A stretch of 63,974 bases of DNA, counting the filler, from Octopus bimaculoides (taxonomy: Eukaryota): assembly GCF_001194135.2 (NCBI RefSeq). It is 5 parts of 5 records of this genome, joined end to end, with 100 filler letters (N's around TTAATTAATTAA, not from the genome) between each part and the next. Parts side by side here need not be neighbours in the genome. Positions count along the whole stretch, not along the records: positions 15,692 to 33,042 come from NC_068995.1; positions 33,143 to 51,785 come from NC_069007.1; 3 more parts are not named here. One strand, given 5' to 3'. Each line of letters begins with the position of its first letter. Position 1 is the stretch's first letter. The notes under the pieces were generated by a model. That model saw nothing but the letters and a program-made list of their open reading frames with translations. It searched no databases and had not been told where the DNA came from. Below, piece by piece: positions 21,681 through 34,315 of the stretch. Position numbers and translations under genes: made by a program.

Positions 21681-22030
21681 CTCCATGTGCAGGGCCGCCA
21701 AACACTATCTCCCAGCATCTGTGTAGTCTGACTCCCATGGATTTGTACATCCCTTCCAAGCCCTTAATTCCGTATCCATATACAGGGTGCGCATATGAAC
21801 TCACACAAGCATCGACGTGCACGTACAACCTCTACACACACCTATACGTACAGTCTCATACACACACATACATTCCCGTGCACACGCTTCCCCCCCACAC
21901 AAATATACACACAAGCACAGACATACACCGCACACACAAACACTACACCATCCAAGCTAGCATCCTCAAATACACACTTCTCCCACCGTATATGCATATG
22001 TACTCAAATATACATATATACTCACATACA
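21681..22030 (+). mobile_element. PLE tail/pLTR, right arm of the inverted pair
   Basis: See 20895-21233. Confidence 0.75.
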
Positions 22031-22124
22031 CACACATACGCACACATACACGCACAAATACGCATGTGTACAAACACACACACATGTATATGTGCGTGTA
22101 CATGTATACATATATATATTCTGG

Positions 22125-23035
22125 CCTCTCTAAATTTCTGTTCATTCTTGACATCAAAGATTTATATACGGTGATCCCACACTATGAAGGATTTCTTGCG
22201 CTGAAACACTTTCTAGATCTTCGACCTGACCCCCAACCTGACACCTACACACTTCTTCGTCTGGTCGAACTTGTTCTCTACCTCAACTGCTTCTCGTTCG
22301 CGGGAGATTTTTACCAACATTTCTCGGGAGTGGCCATGGGAACGACAATGGGCCCTAACTATTCAAAACTTTTCGCCGGCTACGTTAAGACCCAAATATT
22401 CTCACAATTCACCGGTCCCACTCCTGAACTATACGGTCGTTATATCGATGACTGTATCGACGCGACCTCATTCTCCCGTGAGCAACTCCCCCCTTTCTTT
22501 CGTCCAATCCTTCCATACTACCATCGAAATCCTCCTACACTATCTCTAACTCTTCCGTCGAATTTCTCGAAATTTCCGAAAGAATACCACACTCCGCTCT
22601 CACTATCTCCATCCACTACACACACATTGACTCACACTCCTACCTTAACTTCTCCTCCTCCCATCCTACCCACACCAAGCTCTCCATCCCCTACTTCCAA
22701 GTCCTTCGTCTGCGCAGCCTCTGCAGTGACTTTGAGACTCAGTCTCAACTCATGGTTCTCCACTTTATCGTACGTGGATAGCCTGTCACAACCATCCACA
22801 CTGCCCTTGCCAGGGCACGATCTGCGGCCCGTGCCTCTGTTCTTTCTCCTCGCACCCGCCCCTCCGTTGCCCGTCTCCCGTTTCCCTTCACCTACCACCC
22901 CTCCACCCTTCCCCTCCAACGCACTATTCCCCGAGCCTTTCAGCGACTCTAGCCACCTCACACCTCATACATCTTCCCCAACCGACCCCTTACCTCCTTC
23001 AAACGAGCCCCGCATTACCTCCTCGTCCACATTTT
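22125..23035 (+). pseudogene. PLE (YIDD type) RT and RT C-terminal domain, truncated at both ends
   Basis: FLFILDIKDLYTVIPHYEG...GVAMGTTMGPNY...LYGRYIDDC. After a frameshift DSHSYLNFSSSHPTHTKLSIPYFQVLRLRSLCS...FIVRG*P...RLPFPFTYHP...IFPNRPLTSFKR. Same family as 10773. Confidence 0.9.
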
Positions 23036-23088
23036 CTCACCTAACCCAACCTCCCAGCCTAGCTCATTCTCTTGCTCTCACCCATACT

Positions 23089-23214
23089 GTCGGAGCCTCG
23101 TGGAGCTTTAGGTATTTTCGTTCAATAAACACTCACAACGCCCGGTCTGGGAATCGAAACCGCGATCCTATGACTGCGAGTCCGCTGCCCTATCCACTGG
23201 GCCATTGCGCCTCC
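23089..23214 (-). mobile_element. tRNA-derived SINE head (family of 3121-3470), 3'-truncated
   Basis: About 6 differences in about 125 nt versus 3121-3246. Confidence 0.9.
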
Positions 23215-26200
23215 ACACATACATACGTACATACATACATACATACATACATACATACATACACACATGCAGACATTGCGGAGCAAGAGTAAGAGAATAA
23301 AAGTATGAAATTTGAATTCGATTAAAATAGATTGCAAACAGTCTCACTTTTAAATTTGCATTTCACAGCAATGATAATTTTTTCTACAAAATTTTTCATG
23401 AGTCGAAAGCTCTCAGAAAATGTTAAGTAATAAATGTAAAAATTATAATTTTCTCTTCAGTTTTAACATTTATTAATTTTTCTTTAGAGAAAAAAAATGA
23501 CGCACGATGCAGTATCTCTTCGGCTAGCTAAAGAAGATTTTACGAAGTTTATCTTATTCAATGACAACGAAACATATAACTCGACACCTTTTCAAACCAG
23601 CCTAATATTCACAACTATCTATACATTGAAATATCCCTCACATTAGTAGCTCGAATCCTGTATGCTATTCATGATAAGTATGTGGAGGTAGATAAAATTT
23701 CATTTTGGGGATAATATTTGTATTTGAAATCTCTCTCACGATTCTAATGCATAGTTGTCAAAACGTAGAATCGTGTAGTTATGTAGAATTACAGGGACGA
23801 CGATATTTATAAAATATATTTTACTGCTTTTTTATTACCTAAACAAATTTTGTTTTGAACAAATCAAAATTTAAATGCAAATTTTTATTTGAATAGAAAT
23901 ATTTCGAGTAATAGACATATTTTGATCTCACAGAGAATTACAAGCTTAAAAGAGAATGGGAGGTGGTATATTCAAACGAACCTGATTTTCCAAGAACGCT
24001 AGATGAAATGAACTGCTTTCAAACAAATTGCACCCCATTACTTTTCCACCCACTCCACGGTATTTGTCATATGTCTTCACTAAATATTATGTTCCAGTCA
24101 ATTTCGTTGCAAGGTTTCTCTGACCTTACTCAAATATTCTAAAACTGTTTTTGTTTCCGAATTTGAATCGGAAATATCATGATATTGGATATCTTAGAAA
24201 ATTTCACTGAATTGCATGCCAATGATCATATCATATCCAATTAGTTTTAGAGGTTGATCGCCAAACACCATTTGCTTCACTAAGACAACAGCAAAAATGT
24301 GAACATATTCCATGTTTAAGTTATTAGCGTCATACTTCTACTGTCAGTCGGAAAGAATTTACTGTCAGTTTACAACGAATATAACAAATCAGTCAAAGAG
24401 GACATAAAACATTAGTTTTATTTAATAAAACATTTATTTAATAAAACATTAGTTTTACTTAATAACAGACCGTAAAATGTCTGATTGAGTACCGAGCACC
24501 ATCCAAAGTTCTTGGTGAGCACATTTTGCGATTGTTTTGACTCACATTTAAACTAATTCCAAACACTTATGCAAACAAAACTCATACTCTATTCCTCATT
24601 CATTTATGTAAAATAGATAATGTTTCTGATGGTAAGGTCGCAAGTGATAACTGCGAGAGTAGAATGCCGAATTATTTAATTTATTATAATTAGTGCAATG
24701 TTATCCGAGTTTGCATTGCACTACGATCCAGTTAACCAAAACTTTATCCAACCTCTAAACACTTTTCTCCTTTGTGCAATCAAATCAGCATTTATGATCT
24801 GAATTAAATTTTTCTCGCCTCAAACATTAAAATAAAGCTAGAAACAGAGTTCTACCTGATTGCTATTCCGTAATACACAATGCTTCATATCGATATAATT
24901 TCATGAAAGCTGATTAAATAAATATTCTCAATCATTGATATTAAAGCTGGAAAATATTGTTACTTAGTATTACTTTGTCACAAACAGCAGCGTTAATATC
25001 AACAACGACGCTGACAAGCAGTATTTATACGTACTTCTAAGCAAATGGAAAAGACAATGATGGTAATAATGATGCTAGGAGAGACAACGAGAATACATTT
25101 AGTGACGAGCTGTGATCATGATGCAAATAAAGAGCAGAATATTGGTCATCAACGTGTTACTTTTGTTAGGCTTCATTAAACAATATACATTAAGTTACAA
25201 CGTAATAATAGTGAGAGCAAGTAGGATAAAAGGATATATAGAACATTAGAAGTAATTTAAGAATAGACATTATTTTCTTACGAAGCTCATGTATAATTTA
25301 ACTATAGACTATCAAACTATCTGTTTAATCACAGATCAACCTTGACGTATGATCAAGGCATTCCATCTGTAGCCATCCCCCCTTTTTCATGTATGCTTGA
25401 ACCCTAACCCTGACCCAAAAATCATACTCCTAATCAAATCGAAATATCTCCTCCGTAGTTTAAGTGTTACTTTACAGTGATAACACCCACTTCACCCACT
25501 TCAAATTTACGTTTGAAGATGGTTCAGATAAACATTTTGAAATGATGTTTACAATGCTATGAAAGAATTCTTAAAATTATTCCTATAGGTAGTTGAATAA
25601 TGCATTAACACTAGGTTTCGAGGAAAGATTTTTTCATATTGACAAATATGTCTTTTTCGCGCACTATGGAGAAAATAATTTTTTTGGTTAATGTGTCAGA
25701 AGCAAATCCCATTGTAGGCTCTGCCAGCCTGGTAATATTTGGTTTGAATTTTTTTTTTTTTTTGTAGGTCGGGCCCGGTAATGAAAGTAAGAATGGTGAT
25801 AAAAATTTACAATTGCTTACAATTTTGAAGGATTTATTGCAAGGATGAGAAGAGGAGAGATATGTGCATTGGGTTAGCTGAGGTGGAATTTGTAGTCTGT
25901 AAGAGTAGACACACATCTAGAATAGAAGAAATAAATTGCAGACGTAACGCGTTAATGACCAACTTTAACAAACGACTAAATAGCCTCTTTTAGGGGCGAG
26001 GGTAATCTAAGATATAAAAAATAATCCCCAATCTTGCAGTAGAATTAATACTAAAGTTTATATTCCAGTATCTCAGAAAAATGCAGACCGAGCAATTGAG
26101 CAATATAATGAATTGTGAGACATTATGGTGTTGATGAAAGAAAATAAATATGCTGCGGCGACAAGCAGTGACATAACTGAGAACAAGATAGAATATATTA

Positions 26201-27214
26201 CTGATGTTATATTTGTTTGTAAAGCACTAGGAATACCACCTTTTTGGCCACGTCCTTCAATCAGAAATCAATATGCGAACTAGTAAAGGTGGTGATGTTT
26301 TATGAATGGAAACTGAACCAATAACTTACGTGATATCTTGGAGATGTTCATCTCCTGAGATATGATATTACAGCGTCCGAATAACTTCTGTCTCGTAATC
26401 TAAACCAATATCTCTTTCAAACATATTATTTGAATAGTACATAACATTACAGTTCAACACTCCTATATTTTAATATATTGCACAAAAGCTTCAAACACCC
26501 TACACTGTATTTCATATTTAAAAATAGTGAATATACTTATACAGACTGTCATATCTAATATTTGATCTGTCTGTTTCTTTAAACTGTACAATAAGAGCCA
26601 TTATAACAATAGCAACAGCATTGTCTCATACAACCTTACCTAACGTCTCTATTAAATTCTACAAAATATTCGATATTAGATTCTCTGATTTAACAATGGT
26701 AAGGAATTAATGGATTTTTATAGAAACAGATGTAAATATTACATAAACTACTCATCCTGTTAGAAAACAGCAGTATTCTTTTATGTAAATTTATTGATTA
26801 AATAGACAAAATTATTTTTTAAATCTCAAAAATGCCAAAATGTATTTATTTCTCAATGCCAGAAGAAATTCATTTGCCGTAACACAAACAAAGCAACATT
26901 ATAATTTTTTTTTCTCTAACTACATATGGCGAATATATTTGTCGAGAAACATTAAATATTACAAACATGCGATGGATTTACAATATACTTAAACACATAT
27001 ACATTTGAACACGTTCAAGTAGTACTGATCGATAAGATTAGAACAAACATGAAATTTATAAATCTACCATCTCACTTAAAATACACATAACATTCGCATG
27101 CAAACATACACACACACACACATACACACACACACACACACACGTGCGCACTATTAACGTGTAAACTTCTTTTGAGTATGGATATACCTGAATTTGTGAG
27201 ATTATGTTAATATA

Positions 27215-27615
27215 AGTACTGATAGGTGGTGAGCTGTTTTTTACGTTCTGAGTTCAAATTGCGCCGAGGTCGACTTTTCCTTTCATCCTTTTAGTGTCGA
27301 TAAAGTAAGTAGTATTTGATTGATGGGATCGATGTAGTCGACTAGTCCCCTTCCACCAAATTTCTGACCTTGTGCTTATAGTAGAAAAGAATATTAGCAC
27401 TGATTAAGGTGGCGATCTGGCAGAATCTTTTGCAGCATTTTGTCTGTCTTTACGTTCTGTGTTCAAATTCTGTCGAGGTAGCTTTGCGTTTCATCCATTC
27501 GGTGGTGATGAAATAAACAGTAGCTGAGTACCGGTATCGACTTACCCAATCCCCCAAAGTTGCTGGCTTTGTGCCAAAATTAGAAAACAATATTAGTACT
27601 GATAAAAGTGATGGA
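27215..27615 (+). mobile_element. Two head-to-tail Deu/Nin-type SINE copies plus the start of a third
   Basis: Units at about 27215 and 27396 each carry TTACGTTCTG.GTTCAAATT...CGAGGT...TTTCATCC. Each begins AG(T/C)ACTGAT.A.G(T)G, which recurs at 27595. Confidence 0.75.
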
Positions 27616-28199
27616 GAGATTTTTTTGTTTTTTGTTACTTTTTCAACCCCAAAAATTAAAACAAGCGAAAGAAGAAAAGTAAAAGATTCATGTGCATAAG
27701 ATTATAACAAATTTATTATATAAGTAAAGGGCTGCTGATAAATCTTTATTTTACAGATTAGCTTTACAAAAATTAACGAAAAATGCGTAGACATTTATGA
27801 AAGTCGTATCTAGGTACTTAAAAATGTAACTAATATACACAACCCATCTGTGTGCATGTCTATTTATTATAAACATCCAACAAACTACTTTTCTGTCACT
27901 TGAAGTAAAGAGCGATTCGTTTGTAGGAAGTCTTCTAGACGCCGGAAGATATCTAGTCACCTTGCTCTTAAGGGATCAAAGATGACTACTAGTCTAAAGG
28001 TTTGGCCTTCACTACTGCTCACATCTGAAACCACCAACTTATCTTCTAGGCCCAAGAAGAGGATTCTATTGCGAGATATTGTGAAACAAATTTTCAAAGC
28101 AACTCGGTGACACCACCTGTCGATATTAGTACGCTTGGAGATGCTTACACCTCGTAGCTGTCGGAAATGGCTGTGAAGGCTCATACCGCCTGCAGTTGC

Positions 28200-28540
28200 A
28201 GTTCCAGAATTTCTATTACGCTGGAAATCCTGTCCAGAGTCTCAGGTTTCACCTAAATCAGGATCTACAGACTTATTCCAACCCGATTTTCCCCACCGAA
28301 TCTTTTTATTTCTATCAACGATTTGATCAACAACCAGTTTTTTAGTTCAGCTGGTATGTTCTCAGCTTTTATCGTAATTGCTCTCTGTCCCAAGTAAATT
28401 GGTATTAGTATGAATTTCTCAGTCCTAATACTACTATGTAGTATGGTGGATTGCTTTTGGGCCAAGATCTCCTGTTGAAAATTCACACGTATACAATCGT
28501 ATGACAAATAAATTCTGTCACCTCGGGTGCTTTTCAAGCA
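28200..28540 (-). pseudogene. Possible degraded LINE ORF1 (L1/Tx1-type) fragment
   Basis: QKQSTILHSSIRTEKFILIPIYLGQRAITIKAENIPAELKNWLL resembles ORF1 segments as I recall them from octopus LINEs. No intact zinc knuckle is visible. Confidence 0.3.
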
Positions 28541-30699
28541 GGGCTCGACTTGTACACGATAGACACGCTCTAGTCAATGCCTTTTCAACAATATACATAT
28601 GTATACCACCGTTCTAACGGTTAGCTCTGGCAGTTGTGATATCGTTTTCTCCGAGTTTGATAACGTGTTGTTCTGCATTTTCCAATAACTGATGTTTTTG
28701 TACGAAGGAACTAAATAAAAACTTATTGCAACACCAGCAAATGAATGGCTTTTTGTCTTGCATCTCTGATCAGCATCTCTGATCAGCATCAATATTTGTT
28801 AACATTGTTGTTATTGCTGTTCTACTGATTATTAATGATGTGGTGTGATAGTGGCTTCATTTCTGCTACTTCAGTATGCTGTTACACGAGCATGACGACG
28901 ACAATTAGTTTCCCTCTGCCACTGGTAATTATGTGGCGGCAGGCGCTATTTTACGGCTATTAATACTAGCTTGTTTGATGCATCGTCACTGTTGTTGTTG
29001 TGGCTGTGGCTGTTACTTTGTTGGTGTTGTTGCTACTATCACATGTCGTTACTACTTCTGCAACATTAGGAAATGATAGCTTCACATCAACTTGCAATTC
29101 CCTCTCTTCGCTAGCTAGCCCGTATAAACAAAAGCGTAGAAATCATTTTGGAAATTCTGTTTCAATTTCAAAATTTCTTATTTCTTTCATTGAGTAGGTA
29201 ACAAAGAGATCGGCTTAACAAGATCGAACGATATGCGATTTTTATAGCACATATCAGATAAGATATTAAAAGTGTTTACAGTATCCAGTTTTTCATACAA
29301 CATATGAATACGAGCAACGAAGTACTGTCTGTACTTATAGCAGACCAGTCCACCTCTCACCATCAAACAAAATAAAGGAAAAATAATTCGAGTTAAAACC
29401 TAATATTCAGCCTAAAGTTCTTGAACGGGCAATGCTTATTTGAATTTCTTTCACAATAACCCAAAATGGTACGTGTGAAAAACCCACCAGCAGAAACAAA
29501 CCCCTACCCGTTCAAAATGATGGATATTTAAATAAAAGGGCTGACCTTCACTACTTAAGCCTCCCGAAAAAGATATAAAAATGTCACAAATGGGTACTAG
29601 TGGAATATGTTTTTATTCTACATGTATATTCTACAGCGATACACTACCCACAAACATAAGTATATTCGTTTAAAATTTGGTAAAAAAGGTAACCCCGATG
29701 TAATTGTATCGCTAGACCTCACTAAAGCAGTTGACATTCTCAAGAAGGAAAATAATTATCAGAAATTGATATAGAAGGAATACATTTCGGAAACAGAAGA
29801 AGCGATCACAAAATATTCATTATCAAGAAAAGCACTGATAATGTAAACTGCAGAGATAGAACTGACTCGTGCAACACAAATGAAATAAATAACGAAACAT
29901 GACAAATCTAAAATTCAAAACTGCAAAATGCTAACCAAAAAAAAAAAAAGGGGGGGGGGAACAAGATATGTNNNNNNNNNNATGGAATAAGTAGAAGTTA
30001 TTATGAAAAGGGCATTCCAAGGGTGGAAATCATGACCCCGACACACTAAAACTAGATATGGTTTAAGAATTAAAGCTAATTAATCTTATAGACCTACGAA
30101 AATATCTTGAGATAAGACTCAAATGAAATAGTATCTGCAATAATCTCTATGGCTACAAAAAAGAAAGTGGGTGCAACCTGAAATCTGCTCAAATACCAGT
30201 ATTAAAACCGATGAAAACAACATGAACAATATATATTCAGAAAGAAAAGATAGAAATAATAGAAAATAATTCTGAATCCTTGAGGAAATCACTAATAAAA
30301 CAATACAAAAGAGAGATACACAAATATTACAGAAATATCGAACACTATTAGGTAAATTTGAAATCAAAGACCTCTTAAAAAGCGTCAATGATTCTTTGAA
30401 CAAAAACATAGAATTGGGATCAATGGAGTACTAACTACAAATAAAAAGAAGAACGTTGAGAAGTGGTATGAGCAGTAAGGAGATCACCAGGATAAAGATT
30501 GATCAAAGCAGCTAATACAACATCTGAACTATTGTGGGTATCCATAAAAAATGCTAGATGTAATATAATTATTACAAAAATGAAACAACTGTAATGTACC
30601 AGGATATGGCAAGATTCCGAACTTCTTGTTAATCACATAAAAATAAAGTGAAAACAAAGAAGTTTAATGAGATGCTAATGGACTTACAGATAGCACTGA

Positions 30700-32580
30700 A
30701 AATAAAAGTATTTTAATCTCCACCAAAACTCCCCAAAATACAGAGTTATAATATTCTTTCCACAATTTACAAAGTCTAAGACAGAGAGCAAACTAATATC
30801 TAAGGGAAAACTGTATACTTTTAGAAGAGCTGAAAGAACGGTTAATGAAGTAAAAATCGAACACTGGCAAAGGAAAATGAAGCGAATGTGCATGCGGAAA
30901 TAGACTATTGGAAGGTTTTTGACAGTATTCCCCACATGTAAATCCTAGACATAATAGTCAGGAATAACATAGCAACAGCAATAAGAAAATATCCGAGTAA
31001 ATGGCAACAGTTTTGCAGTTACAGACAGAACTTTCTCATTTTGAAAAAGAATCCGAAGGATTCTCTCATTCTCTTTTTCTCTCTCTATTTCTCTCTCTCC
31101 CTTTTTTGTCTGGCATTGACTCCATGGATAGACATGTTAAGCAGAACTAGGAGTAGATACAAATACTCTGGCACGACAATCAACCATCTCTTGTATATAG
31201 AATGCAAATGGCAAACAGCTCAAAACATTACTGTAGGCATAGAGAAATGACCTACAGTGACCTTGAAGAGAGGAAAATTAAGAACATTATTATCTTCCTA
31301 TACAAAGATAAGAGAATTAGACAAAACACTTAGGAAGCCATGAATCACACAGTGTATGACATATACAAATGACAAAAGATTTAGGAAGGAATATTGTAGA
31401 CGAATTAGATTAATACTTAAAACGGAGCTTAATGAAAAAAAAGACTAAAAAGCTAAGAAGGCAACAATAATATAGCTGTCCCACTTCTAAATTATCGCTA
31501 TAGTATTCTCAACGCAATGATAAAGGAACTAGCAACATTAAACAAGAAATAGAGAAAATAATGGCTGTATTTACAATACACTACCCCAAATGGGATATAG
31601 AAAAAATTATATTTACCACGAATACAAGGCAATATTGACTTTATACAACCAAAAGGATTACAAAATATCTATGGAGTGACTATTAAAAATATCTTATAGA
31701 GAATCATGGGAAATTAATGGAGAAAAAGCTACGAATTACGAACAAAACAAGACCATTTTCTGCTTTCAAGGAAGCCAACAAATACAAAACAGAAAACAAT
31801 GACAAATAGCGATGAAGAAAAACACGGAACAAGATAAAATATAAGCTAAACTTGGATTTACAGAAGGCCATGTTGAAATGAATGTGAAAAAAGCCTCTGC
31901 GTCACCATACAGGAATGAATCTGAAGTGGCGACAAAAAATTCGAAATACTGTCTGAGAAGCACGGGACTCTAAGCAGAGACTTGAAGCGTTCTCGCTTGC
32001 GGCAGCCTCACTCTCACAAAACATCAAACTCATAATGAAAAAGAACACTATAACTGCTGAATTGGAGGATTGGTAAGAAACAGTAAACCATCTTGTCTCT
32101 GATTGCCCAATGTTAGCTAAGAAAGAATATTTCTACAGGCGTGACAGAGTTCGGACTTACATATACTGGAAGTAAGCCAACATTATGAAATACTAACAGA
32201 AAAAAATATGTTTTAGAAATGCATCAGCATAGGAATCCAGGAATGGCAAGGTTACAATATTTTGGGATTTTCCAATGCAGACAGATATGAAAATAAAAGA
32301 TAATCGACCAGAAGCTGTTGTTGAGGACCATTAAGAAATGAAATGTCCCTCAATCAATAAATCAGACCAAACACATGATAATATATGACTGAAAGAAATA
32401 GAGAAAAATTATCCAATGTAAAATTCTTCAGATAGAAATAACTCGAATATTGGGCCTGAAAATCTTTATAATAATAGGTGCCTTGGGAAAGATAAAATTA
32501 TGCAGACAAAAACACAAACCAAAGATTTACAGATTTGCATAAAACACCGAAAATAACATTGCAAAAGAAAGATTACTGAA
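30700..32580 (+). pseudogene. Old, heavily degraded R4/Dong-clade LINE (RT to RLE to tail)
   Basis: Scattered motifs: IDY(W)KVFDSIPH (~30900), SPFLSGIDS/L.PL+FCLALTP (~31095), INHLLY (~31160), YCRRIRLILKTELN (~31395), HYPK.DI..+YLPR (~31580), HLVSDCPMLAKKEYF.RRDRV (~32090), NRPEAVV (~32305). Ends ...TACTGAA(TAA)n. Confidence 0.75.
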
Positions 32581-32596
32581 TAATAATAATAATAAT

Positions 32597-33042
32597 ATGG
32601 ACAAGAAACAATAAATCATATTATATCTGGCTGCTCAGTCCTGGCTAAGAAGGAATATATTCAGACACGACAGAGCTGGGACCTATATACACTGGAAGCT
32701 ATGCCAACACTATGGAATAACAACAGAAAAAAGATGGTATAAACACACGCCAGAAAACGTCGCAGAAAACGAGAAAGCAACCATACTGTGGGATATGCAA
32801 ATACACACAGATAGAGAAATTAAGGCAAATAGACCAGATATAGTTGTCAAAGATCATGAAGGAAAAATGCTTTCTAATTGATGTATCAATACCAGCAGAT
32901 GACAACGTTTCCCTAAAAGAAATGGAAAAACTTTCAAAATACAAAGACCTGGAAATAGAGGTAACTCGAATGTGGAATCTAAAAACAGAAACAATTCGTA
33001 TCATAGTAAGTGCCTTAGGTATAATAAAAAAAATATTCAGAC
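32597..33042 (+). pseudogene. Young R4/Dong LINE C-terminal CCHC/restriction-like endonuclease fragment
   Basis: ETINHIISGCSVLAKKEYI/RHDRAGTYIHWKLCQHYG...WYKHTPE...ILWDMQIHTDREIKANRPDIVVKD/KCFLIDVSIPADDNVSLKEMEKLSKYKDLEIEVTRMW. Begins right after (AAT)6. Confidence 0.92.
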
Positions 33043-33142
33043 NNNNNNNNNNNNNNNNNNNNNNNNNNNNNNNNNNNNNNNNNNNNTTAATTAATTAANN
33101 NNNNNNNNNNNNNNNNNNNNNNNNNNNNNNNNNNNNNNNNNN
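33043..33142. other. Artificial scaffold-joining spacer
   Basis: 44N + TTAATTAATTAA (33087-33098) + 44N. Confidence 0.95.
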
Positions 33143-33189
33143 TAGCTAGCTAGCTAGATAGATAGATAGATAGATAGACAGACAGACAT

Positions 33190-33650
33190 ACATATGCATC
33201 ACACCACTCCACACGCACTAGCACTGACCACTTCCCAGCACCCACACCACGCCCACACACCATCATCCACGCACCCACACATTACAGACGCAAACACCTG
33301 CACACGCACACATCCACACAAGTCAAATTCACTAGTCCCTATCCACACACACACAAACTTACATATTCTCCCATACACACACACGGACGTGCACCTTCGT
33401 TTTGGGATCACCAATACTTTATTATCTCCCCTTCTTTCTACCTCTCCTGTCAAACTATTTATTCTCAATCAGCTGCCACGCTTGACTGCTAAGTCAACAA
33501 GTCTCAGTTTATTTTCTTATTCCTTTCTGTTGAAGAACGTAGGCTCGAAACGTAAAAGACTTTCTCACTTACCCGAGCGTCAAACTAATACACCTGCTTG
33601 TTGTTCATACACCTGTCTTCGTCTTTTGTTTTTCTGTAAATTTCAACTAT
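33190..33650 (+). mobile_element. PLE terminal repeat containing a hammerhead
   Basis: CA-rich lead-in, then TTATTCCTTTCTGTTGAAGA.CGTAGGCTC...TCAAACTAATACAC.TG.TTGTTGTTCATACACC, also present at 61330-61470 (+) and partially at 61620-61740 (-). Confidence 0.7.
33523..33558 (+). ncRNA. Minimal type I hammerhead, A6U core variant (HHR-E)
   Basis: CUUU CUGUUGA A GAAC GUAG GCUC GAAA CG UA AAAG. Palindromic ACGU. One stem II mismatch relative to the 61352 copy (GAGC). Confidence 0.7.
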
Positions 33651-33829
33651 ATATACACACATACATTTATATATATTTTACAAATATATTTTTCACTCAT
33701 TTGATGTGGCCATGCTGTAGCACGGCCTTTAGTCGAACAAATCAACCGCAGGACTTATTCTTTTTCTATCGGCTTGTTATGTCGTGGATCTAAACATGTT
33801 TTATCCGAGAAAGACATTTATCAAATTCA

Positions 33830-34315
33830 AAGAAGTGCGAAACTCTAATCGCCTTCCGATGAGGTTCCTGTGACTTAAATGCACTTATGGAGCTCCAGCC
33901 ATTTCGTGAAGACTCCATCGAAGTCCTTCAAAGTATCCAGGCGTCGCAGACTCCATCTTCTGAATGTCTTCAAAACCATTGCTCCTTAGGTGTTCCTTCA
34001 GCTTAGGGAACAACGAAAAGTCACAGAGACCAAGGTCTGGACTGTAGGGAGGATGGGGTCCAGGTTTTAATTCACAGCTCTGTCAAATAGTTTGTGACCG
34101 GGGTGGAATTTTGACAAGTTTTGTTTGATAACCTGTCACAAGCAGTGTTTAGTAGGGTTAACTTTTATTCCAGATTGGCTCCTTCGACCTGGACTAAAAG
34201 CCGTTGGCAAGCCAGCTTATTAGATGCATAGTAATGTTCTACTAAAATTACAATATAGGACAGTTATGGCTGCCTCTCCTGAAAAAGTGTCGCAACTTTT
34301 GGAATGACTCTCGTA
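33830..34315 (-). mobile_element. Internally deleted mariner element (C-terminal transposase and 5' TIR)
   Basis: Minus strand HPPYSPDLGLCDFSLFPKLKEHL...DFDGVFTKWLE..KCI. TIR-like TACGAGAGTCATTCCAAAAGTT at 34315-34294 followed by TA. Confidence 0.85.

Noticed and set aside
23737-23775. 10-bp inverted repeat enclosing AAAACGTA, resembling a decayed hammerhead
   Set aside because: Too many core changes and no stem II; cannot be distinguished from a simple hairpin.
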